Numbered from the stretch's first letter, positions 51,300 to 61,004 are shown. The stretch is DNA of 64,000 nucleotides from Alphaproteobacteria bacterium (GCA_965216755.1 CBDCGL010000011.1:1056001-1120000), one strand, 5' to 3'. A program made the numbers and translations. Notes: a model not told the origin generated them from the sequence alone.

Positions 51300-51623
51300 C
51301 TACGTCGTGGTTGAGTCGTAGAACGGCGCGGCCGTCAAGATCTTATTTTCTTGATGTTGCACAAAGGACGCCGCCTTTTCGAGATAGGCTAACCAAGCCG
51401 GGTCTTTCAAGAGGCCGCCACGGCGCGCGGCACGATCAGCTAGATCCTTGTACCGCCACATATGCACCACTTGATTGAGCTGCCCGATATCCATGGATAC
51501 GTACCAACCGACGCAATCGCCCAAATGCTTTTGCTGCAAAGGCCACCCCTCTTCCCCGTAAGCTTTCAGGAATGCGGGCATCTTGCCTGGATAAATCGTG
51601 TAAGTCCGATGGTCGACGATCAT
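51300..51623 (-). CDS. NIPSNAP family protein
   Basis: MIVDHRTYT, GQLNQVVHMWRY..LADRAARR and DPAW. Confidence 0.9.
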   Translation of the reverse strand: MIVDHRTYTIYPGKMPAFLKAYGEEGWPLQQKHLGDCVGWYVSMDIGQLNQVVHMWRYKDLADRAARRGGLLKDPAWLAYLEKAASFVQHQENKILTAAPFYDSTTT

Positions 51624-51644
51624 GAAATCCTCCAGTTACGCGAA

Positions 51645-52277
51645 TTATGCCGATGCGCTCGGACGCGCGGTCATGGCGGCATACCAACGCGCGACATTTG
51701 AGCAAGCATCCGGCATAGCAATCTCTGCCCGAGCCGCAAATCCAATCGCACAGGTCAAAGTTATGTCCGCGATGGAGAAGCGGGCGCCTGCCAAAAACTC
51801 ATTTTCCGCCAAGTGCGGGTCGATCTTATGCAAGAATCGATCAACCACGGCCTTGCCACGTTCCACAAGCGCCGGTATCTGCGGCACGCCGCTGGGTTCG
51901 CCGGCAAGCGCACGATCTTCAAACATCGGCGCCGAATTGCGCACGGCGTCGCCGGCTGCCATGAAACCGTGGATCTCCGCCCGACGATCCCACATTTCCA
52001 CGATCGCTTTATCCTTTGCATCCACGCCCATCAATGGCGGCGCGGGCTGTATCTCCTCGAAATAGCGGCAAATCGCCGCAGATTCACCGATCCTCGTCCC
52101 ATCATCGAGTTCGAGAACCGGCACGACAGAGAAAGGGTTCACGGCCCGAAACTCGTCGGAGAATTGCTCACGTTCGCGCGTGTTGACTTGCACCATCGGG
52201 ACTTCGATCGATTTCTCGGCAAGAAACATCCGCACCCGACGTGGATTTGGTGCCAGGCCAAAATCATAGAGCTTCAT
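51645..52277 (-). CDS. Glutathione S-transferase (GTT2-like)
   Basis: APNPRRVRMFLAEK, VPVLELDDG, ESAAICRY and FSIADI; GGAGG RBS before ATG 52277. Confidence 0.92.
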   Translation of the reverse strand: MKLYDFGLAPNPRRVRMFLAEKSIEVPMVQVNTREREQFSDEFRAVNPFSVVPVLELDDGTRIGESAAICRYFEEIQPAPPLMGVDAKDKAIVEMWDRRAEIHGFMAAGDAVRNSAPMFEDRALAGEPSGVPQIPALVERGKAVVDRFLHKIDPHLAENEFLAGARFSIADITLTCAIGFAARAEIAMPDACSNVARWYAAMTARPSASA

Positions 52278-52299
52278 ACGGGCCTCCGTTACATATTCT

Positions 52300-53001
52300 T
52301 CAAGTCTCATCCCAATGGAACGTACTGAACGCAGAAACCGGTACGCGTTCAGTCTTCAACGCGTTAGCCGGCGCGGTCTCATCGATAAATCCGATCGACA
52401 TGCCACAAATGACGATCTGGTCATCTGGAATGCCCAAATGCTCGCGCAGCACCTTGTGATAGCGCGCAAAGGCAACTTGCGGACAACTGTGTAGCCCGGC
52501 GCCACGCGCCGCGATCATGATGTTCTCGATGAACATGCCGTAGTCTAGCCAACTGCCGACTTCAAGAACCCGATCCATCGTAAAAATAAGCCCGACTGGG
52601 GCATCAAAAAATTGGTAGTTGCGGGCGACTTGAACCGCCATTTTCTCGCTATCGCCCTTTTTAATCCCGACCAAGCCATACAGATCCCAACCAACTTTGC
52701 GGCGACGGCTTTTGTAAGGTTCGGGAAAATGTGCTGGGTAATACTCAAACTCGGCGTCATGTTCATCGCCATGACGATAGTGGGCCGCAACCAGCGCTTC
52801 GGTTAACTTCCGTTGGGCCGCACCAGAGACAACATGGACTTGCCAAGGCTGCATGTTTGTGCCGCTTGGCGCGCGGCTAGCGACTTCCAGTAAATGCTCA
52901 ACTTGCTCACGGGATACGGGCGTGGGCAAAAACCCACGCACGGAGCGCCGGCTGGTGATGGCCGCATCGACGATCGCGGTCGCGTCTAGAGTGTCAGTCA
53001 T
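52300..53001 (-). CDS. Nitroreductase family protein
   Basis: RRSVRGF, APSGTNMQPW and FFDAPVG. Confidence 0.92.
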   Translation of the reverse strand: MTDTLDATAIVDAAITSRRSVRGFLPTPVSREQVEHLLEVASRAPSGTNMQPWQVHVVSGAAQRKLTEALVAAHYRHGDEHDAEFEYYPAHFPEPYKSRRRKVGWDLYGLVGIKKGDSEKMAVQVARNYQFFDAPVGLIFTMDRVLEVGSWLDYGMFIENIMIAARGAGLHSCPQVAFARYHKVLREHLGIPDDQIVICGMSIGFIDETAPANALKTERVPVSAFSTFHWDET

Positions 53002-53060
53002 AGTGGCTCTTCAAAATCAATGTGAAACAACGACGCTTCTGGTCATACGTTCGCAAACCA

Positions 53061-53459
53061 TTAGCTAACCATAAAAACGTCATCGACCGGGACTTTCATT
53101 CCGGTCACCAAGGCATTGGTTTGGTGCGCCATTGCAACAATGGACAACAACTCTTGATATTGTCGTTCGGTCATGCCCTTCGCGCGCGCCGCAGCGGTAT
53201 GGGAATGAATGCAATAGTCGCAACTGTTGGCGATCGACACGGCGATGTAAACAAGCTCCTTGGCCAAGGGATCGATCTCACCCGGCCCCATAACCTGTTT
53301 CAGACGCTGCCAAGTTGCTTCCAACAAGTCCGGCTGGTTCGCCAAGGCCTTCCAAAAATTGTTGATAAAATCCGTGCCGCGCAGTGCACGAATGTCATCA
53401 TAGACTGCGCGCACGCGCAGCGATGCGTCATCGTATTCAATTAGCCCAACAGTCGCCAT
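53061..53459 (-). CDS. Carboxymuconolactone decarboxylase/AhpD-like protein
   Basis: KELVYIAVSIANSCDYCIHSH (CxxC). Confidence 0.9.
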   Translation of the reverse strand: MATVGLIEYDDASLRVRAVYDDIRALRGTDFINNFWKALANQPDLLEATWQRLKQVMGPGEIDPLAKELVYIAVSIANSCDYCIHSHTAAARAKGMTERQYQELLSIVAMAHQTNALVTGMKVPVDDVFMVS

Positions 53460-53494
53460 CGCGAGTCCTTTCGTAGTGGAAAACGGGATTGTGC

Positions 53495-54301
53495 TTAACG
53501 GTTGCCGTAACTCTTGCCAAGCCCGGCGGCAGCATCGCTTTGAATGCCGTATTGCGGGATCGGATAACGCAAGCCGTTCGCCGCGAGCCGGGCCATGCCA
53601 TCAATAGCGCCCGCCAGATAGCGTGGCGGCAGCGCCATCAGCAATTCATCTTCTAGAACGCCGCCATAGCGGCGCTCAGCGAAGCAGGGGATCGACAGAC
53701 TGGGTTCGCCCGTGGCCAACGCGCGTCCCCAGGAATCCGCGCAAGAAGACTCGCCGACGCAACCCCATTCCAACTTGCGATACCCGGACCATTGCAGGCC
53801 ATTGACGAGAATAATCATTTGCGCCGGAGTCGCGTAGATCAAGCATATATCCGGGGGGTCGAGCCGGCCCGAAACAAGAGGCGAGACGGCCATCGAACGG
53901 TAACGGCCGTGCGGTACCACGGTCATGGCGGCTTGATGCGCCGCAGAATCCTCATCAGTCGCATACCAGACGCCGGTCATGTGCGCGCCGGATCGCCAGG
54001 TTTCGTCCTGTGGTCGCAAACCCAGGACCGCGCCGCACTGCGCGCTGACCAAATCGTCGGCCGTGATCCCGACTGTCCAACCAAGCCGGCACGCCTGGGC
54101 GACAATCTGATCGGCCGTATGACTCGCACTCGGCCGCCGGATGCGTGGTATCGCCTCCATCTCGGCGACGGTCGCAAACAGTTTCATACCGATGGGCGTT
54201 GTGCGCAGGCGTAAATAGCGGTTGAGACCGTCGACCAAACAGCCCCAATCGTAGGTTGGGTCGCTTTGTGCGTCGGGTCCGTCCAAGTCCGCCGAGACCA
54301 T
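53495..54301 (-). CDS. DUF169 family protein
   Basis: LRLRTTPIGMK, PDICLIYATPAQM, ESSCADSW and SIPCFAERRYGG. Confidence 0.8.
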   Translation of the reverse strand: MVSADLDGPDAQSDPTYDWGCLVDGLNRYLRLRTTPIGMKLFATVAEMEAIPRIRRPSASHTADQIVAQACRLGWTVGITADDLVSAQCGAVLGLRPQDETWRSGAHMTGVWYATDEDSAAHQAAMTVVPHGRYRSMAVSPLVSGRLDPPDICLIYATPAQMIILVNGLQWSGYRKLEWGCVGESSCADSWGRALATGEPSLSIPCFAERRYGGVLEDELLMALPPRYLAGAIDGMARLAANGLRYPIPQYGIQSDAAAGLGKSYGNR

Positions 54302-54468
54302 AGTTTCCTCCCACCAAAGCGCTTACCTGCCATGCCTTTACCATGCGTAGGCAAAAAGCGAGAATGCGAATTACGCTTGGCGGACCCGTTGAAACCTCGG
54401 CATGCGCGCCATGTCATACTTCCACAGACGCACTGTCGAGCCTGCCGGTACATGAAGAGGTCCTGACA

Positions 54469-55512
54469 ATGTCGACGCGCCGACCGCTCCCGTTACTGCC
54501 GACGACCGTGGTCGGCAGTTATCCGCAGCCGGATTGGTTGATCGACCGGACCGCGCTGGCCGGTCGCACACCGCCGCGCGTGCGCGCTCACGACCTATGG
54601 CGCATCGACCCGCGTTGGCGGAATGCGGCCCAGGACGATGCCACGCGCCTTGCCATTCACGACATGGAAAACGCCGGCATCGACATCGTGACCGATGGCG
54701 AAATACGGCGTGAAAGCTACTCCAACCCCTTCGCCAATGCGCTCGATGGGATCGACCGCAAGCAAACCGGTATGGGGATCTCGCGACGCGGCGAACCCGA
54801 CCCGGTGCCGCGGGTGATCGCGCCTCTCAAACGTTCACAGCCGTTTTCAACCGACGACATAAAATTCCTGCGCGCGCAGACGGACCGCGTTATCAAAGCG
54901 ACTCTCCCCGGCCCGTTCACCATGTCGCAACAAGCACAAGACAACTATTACAGCGATCCGGCCGCGCTTGCGATGGCATACGCGGCGGTCGTCAACGAAG
55001 AAATCGGTGATATGTTCGCGGCCGGAGCCGATGTCGTGCAACTCGACGAGCCGTTCCTGCAGGCCCGTCCCGAGGCGGCACGCGACTATGGCGTCGAAGC
55101 GGTCAACCGCGCCCTTGACGGGATCACAGGCACAACAGCTTTGCATTTGTGCCTTGGCTATGCGGCTTTGATCAAGAACAAGCCAAACGCCTACGCTTTC
55201 TTGGCAGAACTCGCCAATTGCAGCGTCGACCAGGTTTCCGTTGAGGCCGCACAACCGAAGTTGGATCTTTCGGTATTGCGCGCCCTCGACGGGAAAACGA
55301 TCATCTTGGGTGTTCTCGATCTTAGCGATGCGGCAATCGAAACGCCTGAAAGCGTTGCCAACCGGATCGCTGCGGCGCTCGATCACGTTTCGGCCGATCA
55401 TCTGGTCCCCGCACCGGATTGCGGCATGAAATACCTGCCCCGCAACGTTGCGTTCGGCAAACTCAAAGCCCTGGCCGACGGTGCGGCCATCGTTCGGCGG
55501 AACCTTAGTTAA
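54469..55512 (+). CDS. Single-domain (core) cobalamin-independent methionine synthase-like Zn enzyme
   Basis: TTVVGSYP, TDGEIRR, QLDEP, HLC and PDCG Zn ligands; no N-terminal MetE half. Confidence 0.88.
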   Translation: MSTRRPLPLLPTTVVGSYPQPDWLIDRTALAGRTPPRVRAHDLWRIDPRWRNAAQDDATRLAIHDMENAGIDIVTDGEIRRESYSNPFANALDGIDRKQTGMGISRRGEPDPVPRVIAPLKRSQPFSTDDIKFLRAQTDRVIKATLPGPFTMSQQAQDNYYSDPAALAMAYAAVVNEEIGDMFAAGADVVQLDEPFLQARPEAARDYGVEAVNRALDGITGTTALHLCLGYAALIKNKPNAYAFLAELANCSVDQVSVEAAQPKLDLSVLRALDGKTIILGVLDLSDAAIETPESVANRIAAALDHVSADHLVPAPDCGMKYLPRNVAFGKLKALADGAAIVRRNLS

Positions 55513-55539
55513 CTGCTCGCCCGCCACGCTCGCTTCATC

Positions 55540-55553
55540 TTGATCTGTGTCAA
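55540..55553. promoter_or_regulatory. FNR/FixK-type box upstream of the DUF3775 gene
   Basis: TTGAT-CTGT-GTCAA against TTGAT-N4-ATCAA. Confidence 0.6.
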
Positions 55554-55629
55554 GGTGCGCCACCGGGCCGCGAGATAAGCGGTCAATTTAGATTGGGTTA
55601 AAGACCCTCGGCAGGGAGTCATTTGGCGC

Positions 55630-56058
55630 ATGGAAATCAAACCTGAGGCCGTGAGTCGCGTCATATTTGCCGCGCGGCAGCTCAACGTCGATGAGGAGGT
55701 TCGTGAGAGCCTCAGTGACGAAGATGATGTCACAAAGGAACCTGAAGAAGTCCTGGATGAGGCTCTCGTTGGCAGTGTCCATCAGGAGCACGAAAAGGAC
55801 CCGGTTTGGTGGGACCTCAAAGCGTTTATTGATGATATGCCCGCCGACGAGCAGTGCGAATTGATCGCGCTTGCTTGGATCGGACGCGGTGACGGCGGCA
55901 AAGTCGACTGGGAGGACATGGTCCGTTTGGCCAGTGAGCGGCGCAGCGATCACACAGCCGAATATCTGATCGGCATGCCGCTATTGGCGGAGTATCTGCA
56001 AAGCGCTCTCGATACATTTGATATTTCGATTGAGGATTTCGAAGAGAATCACATTTAG
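55630..56058 (+). CDS. DUF3775 domain protein
   Basis: EQCELIALAWIGRGD...TAEYLIGMPLLAEYL. Confidence 0.88.
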   Translation: MEIKPEAVSRVIFAARQLNVDEEVRESLSDEDDVTKEPEEVLDEALVGSVHQEHEKDPVWWDLKAFIDDMPADEQCELIALAWIGRGDGGKVDWEDMVRLASERRSDHTAEYLIGMPLLAEYLQSALDTFDISIEDFEENHI

Positions 56059-56085
56059 TCGTTCACCGTTCCAACAAACAAGGTC

Positions 56086-57018
56086 ATGACCCTGATGCCG
56101 CAAGAGACGGTGCCCGAACCAGGGGCCGCTTTTACTGGTTTGTCGTCTCTCTTCAGCGACTTTTCGCTCGAGGTCACACCGTCCGGCGTCGCCGCATTGT
56201 TGGCCGCACCACCGCTGCCGGCCGAGACCAGGGTCTTCATCACCCATTTGGAGCGAAACAGAGACGCCGATACAATTGAAGCGGCCCGGCGACTACGCCA
56301 AGCGGGTTTGAGGCCCGTTCCCCACTTGGCCGCCCGGCGCATCGCGAATGTCGGCGAACTGCGTGCTCTACTGGACGGCCTCGTCACGGAAGCCGATGTT
56401 GACGAAGTTTTGGTCATAGCGGGGGACACGCCGCCGATCGCCGATCAGTTTCCTTCGACTATCGATTTGTTGCGAACAGGTTTGCTTGAACGCTATGGCG
56501 TTCGTCGAATTAACGTCGCCGGTCACCCAGAAGGCGCGCCGTCTATCCCAGAGATTGAGCTGCAGCGTGCGTTGGACGAAAAGAACGCCTACGCCCGCCA
56601 GAGCGACGCCGAAATGCGGATAATTACCCAGTTCGTCTTCGAAGCGGCACCGCTGATTACCTGGGAGCAACGTATCCGCGCCCGCGGCAATGCGTTACCG
56701 GTTTGTGTTGGCCTTGCTGGATTGGCCGGCATCAAGTCACTCGTACGGCATGCGCGGGCTTGTGGCGTCGGTGCGTCGGTGCGAACGCTCATGCGTCAAG
56801 GGGCGCGTTTGTCGCGGCTTGTCCGGCCTTATGATCCAGGGCCAATTGTGTCGGATCTCTCGGAAGCTCGTCGGAGTGATCCAGAGTCACTGATAGACGG
56901 CATTCACTTTTTCCCATTCAGTGGGATCTCGCGGACGGTCGCATGGGCGACAGGGATCAGCGATGGCTCAATTGCGCTGGACGGTTCATTGACTCCTATC
57001 GGGAATATCCGCACCTAA
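56086..57018 (+). CDS. metF: Methylenetetrahydrofolate reductase-like protein
   Basis: SLEVTP, PVPHLAAR, VAGHPEG, TQFVF and HFFPF. Confidence 0.8.
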   Translation: MTLMPQETVPEPGAAFTGLSSLFSDFSLEVTPSGVAALLAAPPLPAETRVFITHLERNRDADTIEAARRLRQAGLRPVPHLAARRIANVGELRALLDGLVTEADVDEVLVIAGDTPPIADQFPSTIDLLRTGLLERYGVRRINVAGHPEGAPSIPEIELQRALDEKNAYARQSDAEMRIITQFVFEAAPLITWEQRIRARGNALPVCVGLAGLAGIKSLVRHARACGVGASVRTLMRQGARLSRLVRPYDPGPIVSDLSEARRSDPESLIDGIHFFPFSGISRTVAWATGISDGSIALDGSLTPIGNIRT

Positions 57019-57115
57019 TCGACGTTCCGGATGGCACCGCGAAGCTCCGATTTCAATTGGTCCGGTGCGCCGCTACACTGGCGCCCAAGCGACCACGAAA
57101 GCGGAGCATGAAGCG

Positions 57116-58369
57116 ATGCCTGGACCACTCACGGGGATAAAGATCATCGACCTGACCTCGATGTTATCGGGGCCTTGGGCGACGACCATATTGGCCGACC
57201 AGGGTGCGGACGTGGTCAAGGTCGAGGTCCCGGGCAAAGGCGACCACACGCGCTCTCTGGGAAACCGGCGCGCTGGGATGTCTTCAAGTTTCCTCCATAT
57301 CAACCGTAACAAGCGGTCTCTCACGTTGAACCTGAAAGCCGATCAGGGCCGCGCAGTATTCCTTGACCTGGTGCGTGACGCGGACGTTGTGGTGCAGAAC
57401 TTCCGCCCCGGTGTGGTTGATCGGCTAAGGGTCGGCTATGACGATGCGCGTGCCGCAAATCCAAGCATCGTCTACCTATCGCTCAATGGCTTCGGCGAAT
57501 CCGGACCCTATGCCCAGAAGCCCGTATACGATCCCGTCATCCAAGCGATATCGGGCCTCACCACAATCCAGGCGGGATCCGATGACGAGCGGCCACGGCT
57601 GGTGCGCACCGTGTTGCCGGACAAACTCTCCGCGGTGACGGCCTCGCAAGCCATTACCGCGGCACTGTTCGCGCGCGAACGAACCGGCCGGGGCCAACAT
57701 GTGAAACTCTCCATGCTCGACGCCGTGATGTCGTTCTTATGGGCTTCAGACTACGGCGCGCAAACCTATCCGGATCAGCCGACCACCAATCAAGCTGCGG
57801 CGAGTTTCATCGACCTGATTTACGAGACCAAGGACGGCCATATGACAGTCGCCGTCATGAGCGACAAGGAATGGACCGGTCTGACGCAAGCATTCAACAA
57901 ACCCGAATGGTTGACGGATGAGCGCTTTGCCACGCCCGAGGCGCGCGATCGCAATGTCAATGCGCGCTTGCAATTGACCCAGGAGGTGTTGCGGACGAAG
58001 ACGACTGCTGAATGGCTGACCGTGCTGGAACGCGCCGGCGTTCCCTGCGCGCCAGCCCTCACCCGAAACCAAGCCATACAGCATCCACAAATCGTGGCAA
58101 GCGAGATTGTGCAGGAATACAGCCACCACGCGGCCGGAAAACTGCGTCAAACGCGGAACGCGGCACGATTTGAAGGCACGCCGACCGAGCTACGTTTCGG
58201 CGCACCTCTCCTGGGCGAGCACACCGATGAGATCATGCGGGAACTTGGATATGATGAGGACGCGATTTGCGCGCTCCGTCGGGATGGCGTAATCGGCGGC
58301 GAATCCGCGTCTCAGAGGGGTTCGGCCGACAGTGATCAGACGCCAACTTTGCGATCGGCCAGAACCTGA
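57116..58369 (+). CDS. Family III CoA-transferase (CaiB/BaiF)
   Basis: GPLTGIKIIDL, GADVVKVE, NRNKRS, NFRPG and YDPVIQA. Confidence 0.93.
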   Translation: MPGPLTGIKIIDLTSMLSGPWATTILADQGADVVKVEVPGKGDHTRSLGNRRAGMSSSFLHINRNKRSLTLNLKADQGRAVFLDLVRDADVVVQNFRPGVVDRLRVGYDDARAANPSIVYLSLNGFGESGPYAQKPVYDPVIQAISGLTTIQAGSDDERPRLVRTVLPDKLSAVTASQAITAALFARERTGRGQHVKLSMLDAVMSFLWASDYGAQTYPDQPTTNQAAASFIDLIYETKDGHMTVAVMSDKEWTGLTQAFNKPEWLTDERFATPEARDRNVNARLQLTQEVLRTKTTAEWLTVLERAGVPCAPALTRNQAIQHPQIVASEIVQEYSHHAAGKLRQTRNAARFEGTPTELRFGAPLLGEHTDEIMRELGYDEDAICALRRDGVIGGESASQRGSADSDQTPTLRSART

Positions 58370-58375
58370 CATACA

Positions 58376-58422
58376 TCTAGCATACTAGAACATTGCCTCG
58401 GTCGCTGGCTTTCTGGTACGAT
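58376..58422 (+). promoter_or_regulatory. Candidate sigma-70 promoter with upstream palindromic operator for the methyltransferase cassette
   Basis: TCTAG-CATA-CTAGA (58376-58389), then TTGCCT-N18-TACGAT with an extended -10 TG. Confidence 0.5.
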
Positions 58423-58478
58423 AAAATTGGGTAGGTTGTTCGACCGCATTTGGCGCATTGGGGAAGGAAGCTCGTGCG

Positions 58479-59120
58479 ATGAGCCACATAGTGGACCTTG
58501 GGCGACGCGTCGAACTGGTTCCGATCGATTCGCATTTTCACGACATCACGATCGGCCTCTATCTTGAGCGACAAGACGCTGAACAAGGCGTCTATTCGGT
58601 GCACAGTTACAGTCAGTTGGATGGAACGGATGGGCGCCTCAACCATGTGGCGCAGGCCATGGTCGCGCTCGGCGGCATGCAACGGTGCGACGGTGTTCGC
58701 CCGTCGCTGGTGTTTCCCTGCAAAAAGTTGCACCTGGCAGCGGCGAAACGGGTTTTTCTGGAGGCGTGTAAGGTCCCGTTCGATGCCAAGCCCACGGCAA
58801 GAAGTTCTTCCATTTTCGACAAAAAAGCGGACGGAACGATGCATGTCCGATCGGAAGGCGCCGGCGCCTATCGTGTTACTTGCGACCAGGACGATGAAAA
58901 GGCGTCCAAGCGCATCGCCGCGATTGCCGGCGGATTTGCCAAGTTGCTGGAAATGGAACGCGTCGGCGATGACGCCATCTGTTTCGGCTGTGGCCAGCCC
59001 CATGACGTATTGGTCAACCTATTGTTGCCGCGCGCGCTGAATGTGCGGGCGGCAATGCGCGAACAGGAACAACAAGCCGCCCGCGGTGTGCTCGCGGCGC
59101 CCAGCGCGCAAAGTCTTTGA
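58479..59120 (+). CDS. Hypothetical protein heading the corrinoid methyltransferase cassette
   Basis: Host-like ORF, co-directional with the cassette, with two F-x-C-x3-H motifs. Confidence 0.8.
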   Translation: MSHIVDLGRRVELVPIDSHFHDITIGLYLERQDAEQGVYSVHSYSQLDGTDGRLNHVAQAMVALGGMQRCDGVRPSLVFPCKKLHLAAAKRVFLEACKVPFDAKPTARSSSIFDKKADGTMHVRSEGAGAYRVTCDQDDEKASKRIAAIAGGFAKLLEMERVGDDAICFGCGQPHDVLVNLLLPRALNVRAAMREQEQQAARGVLAAPSAQSL

Positions 59121-59157
59121 ATCTCTGGTGAGTGGCACCGATTAGGGAACAACCATC

Positions 59158-60207
59158 ATGACCACCGCAGCTGTACCATCGATGACAAGCCGTGAACGCG
59201 TTCTTGCCGCGCTCAACCGAGAACCGGTCGATCGGACGCCGGTCTGCAATCCGACATCCGTGGCAACCATTGAGCTGATGGACCTTGTCAATGCGCCGTT
59301 TCCGATGGCCAATCGGGATCCCGAAATGATGGCTCGATTGGCGGCGACGAGCTACACCGAGCTGGGCTTTGATTCGGTCATGCCGGTGTTCTCGATCATT
59401 CAAGAATCGTCGGCGATGGGCTGCAAAATGCAGTGGGAACAAAAAGACAATTGGCCGACCGTACGCATGAGCGAACCAATCTTCCACGATGTCGACGACA
59501 TCGTCATCCCGAATGACTTCTTGATGCATCCGGACATCACATGCGTCCTGGACGCCATCAAGATCCTTCGCCGGGAACTGGGCGACGAGGTGGCCATTAT
59601 CGGCAAAACGATGGGCCCATGGACAATGGCCTACCACTGTTTTGGCGTCGAGCCGTTCTTGTTGATGACCCTCGACGATCCCGGGAAGACCAAGCAGGTG
59701 CTGGATCGGTTGAAGGAGATGACCGTGCTGTTTGGGCAAGCGCAAATTGACGCCGGCGCCGACGCATTGACCCTACCCGACCATGCCACGGGCGACCTGG
59801 TCAGCGGCGAATATTACGCGCGCTTTCTCAAGGATCTTCATATCGAAATGGTTGAACGGATCCCGATCCCACTCATTCTTCACATTTGCGGGCGTACGGT
59901 TGATCGAATGGGTTACATTGCCGAAACCGGTATGGCGGCGTTCCATTTCGATTCCAAGAACAAGCCCAAGGAATCCATGGACGCGGTGCATGGCGATATT
60001 GCCCTGGTCGGGAATATCAACAACCCGGAGACGCTGTTCGTCAAAGATCCGGAAGCGGTCCACGAAGAGGTTTTGCGGAATCTTGAAGCCGGCGTGCACC
60101 TGATCGGTCCCGAATGTGCGATCCCATTGCAGACCCCGATCGAGAATTTGCTGGAAATCCAGCGCACGATCAGAGAATGGCATGCAGCACATCCATCAGT
60201 ACACTAA
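59158..60207 (+). CDS. MtaA/CmuA-family (UroD-fold) corrinoid-dependent methyltransferase
   Basis: MTSRERVLAAL...VDRTPV, GPWT, AQIDAGAD, Zn motif HICG...ECAI and GNIN. Confidence 0.9.
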   Translation: MTTAAVPSMTSRERVLAALNREPVDRTPVCNPTSVATIELMDLVNAPFPMANRDPEMMARLAATSYTELGFDSVMPVFSIIQESSAMGCKMQWEQKDNWPTVRMSEPIFHDVDDIVIPNDFLMHPDITCVLDAIKILRRELGDEVAIIGKTMGPWTMAYHCFGVEPFLLMTLDDPGKTKQVLDRLKEMTVLFGQAQIDAGADALTLPDHATGDLVSGEYYARFLKDLHIEMVERIPIPLILHICGRTVDRMGYIAETGMAAFHFDSKNKPKESMDAVHGDIALVGNINNPETLFVKDPEAVHEEVLRNLEAGVHLIGPECAIPLQTPIENLLEIQRTIREWHAAHPSVH

Positions 60208-60239
60208 CCACCTTTCGCAAATCCAGCATGTAGATAATC

Positions 60240-60989
60240 ATGGCGGAACTTAACGATATCGCCAACGAGGTAATTCGCGACGAGATTGCGGAATACCTTG
60301 AACGGCCAGAAGAAATTGAACGCAATATTGAGTTGTTCGCCCGTGCGAAGCCACTCATGCAGGACATCGCAGCGGCGATCGTCGAAGGCGATGACGACGT
60401 GGTCGATCAATTGACGGCGAAGGCCCTGGGCGAAGGCATCGACGCGATCGAAGTGATGGATGACGGTTTGATCGCCGGCATGGGCATCGTCGGAATCAAG
60501 TTTCGGGAAATGTTCATTTTTGTGCCCGAAGTACTTGCATGTGCGCGTGCCATGAAGGCGGGCATGACCCATATCGAACCTATTCTTTCGGCGTCGGGGG
60601 TCGAGCCGCTGGGTAAGGTCATCATGGGCACGGTCAAGGGCGACCTGCACGACATTGGCAAGAATTTGTGCATCATGATGTTGCGCGGGGCAGGATTTGT
60701 GGTCGTCGATTTGGGTGTTGATCAATCGGATGACAATTTCATCGATGCGATTGAAGAGCACGAGGCACCGTTGGTCGGCATGTCGGCCCTGCTCAGCACG
60801 ACCATGCCCAATATGGGCAAGATCATCGAAGCCTTCATCGATGCCGGTATACGTGATGACGTGCAGGTCATGGTCGGCGGTGCGCCGGTAACGCAAGAAT
60901 TCGCTGACGATATGGGCGCCGACGGATACGCAAAAGATGCATTGGCGTGTGTCGACCTTGCGAAATCCCTCGTTAGTGCGAACGCCTAG
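60240..60989 (+). CDS. Methyltransferase cognate corrinoid protein (MtaC/MtbC-like)
   Basis: Cap domain (GLIAGMGIVG..F...IFVPEVL), B12-binding GTVKGDLHDIGKN, SALL and VGGAP. Confidence 0.95.
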   Translation: MAELNDIANEVIRDEIAEYLERPEEIERNIELFARAKPLMQDIAAAIVEGDDDVVDQLTAKALGEGIDAIEVMDDGLIAGMGIVGIKFREMFIFVPEVLACARAMKAGMTHIEPILSASGVEPLGKVIMGTVKGDLHDIGKNLCIMMLRGAGFVVVDLGVDQSDDNFIDAIEEHEAPLVGMSALLSTTMPNMGKIIEAFIDAGIRDDVQVMVGGAPVTQEFADDMGADGYAKDALACVDLAKSLVSANA

Positions 60990-61004
60990 AGCGGCAGCGC
61001 GGTC

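Noticed and set aside
51645-52277. GST as dichloromethane dehalogenase DcmA
   Set aside because: The motifs (APNPRRV) and length fit the common GTT2-like class, not DcmA.
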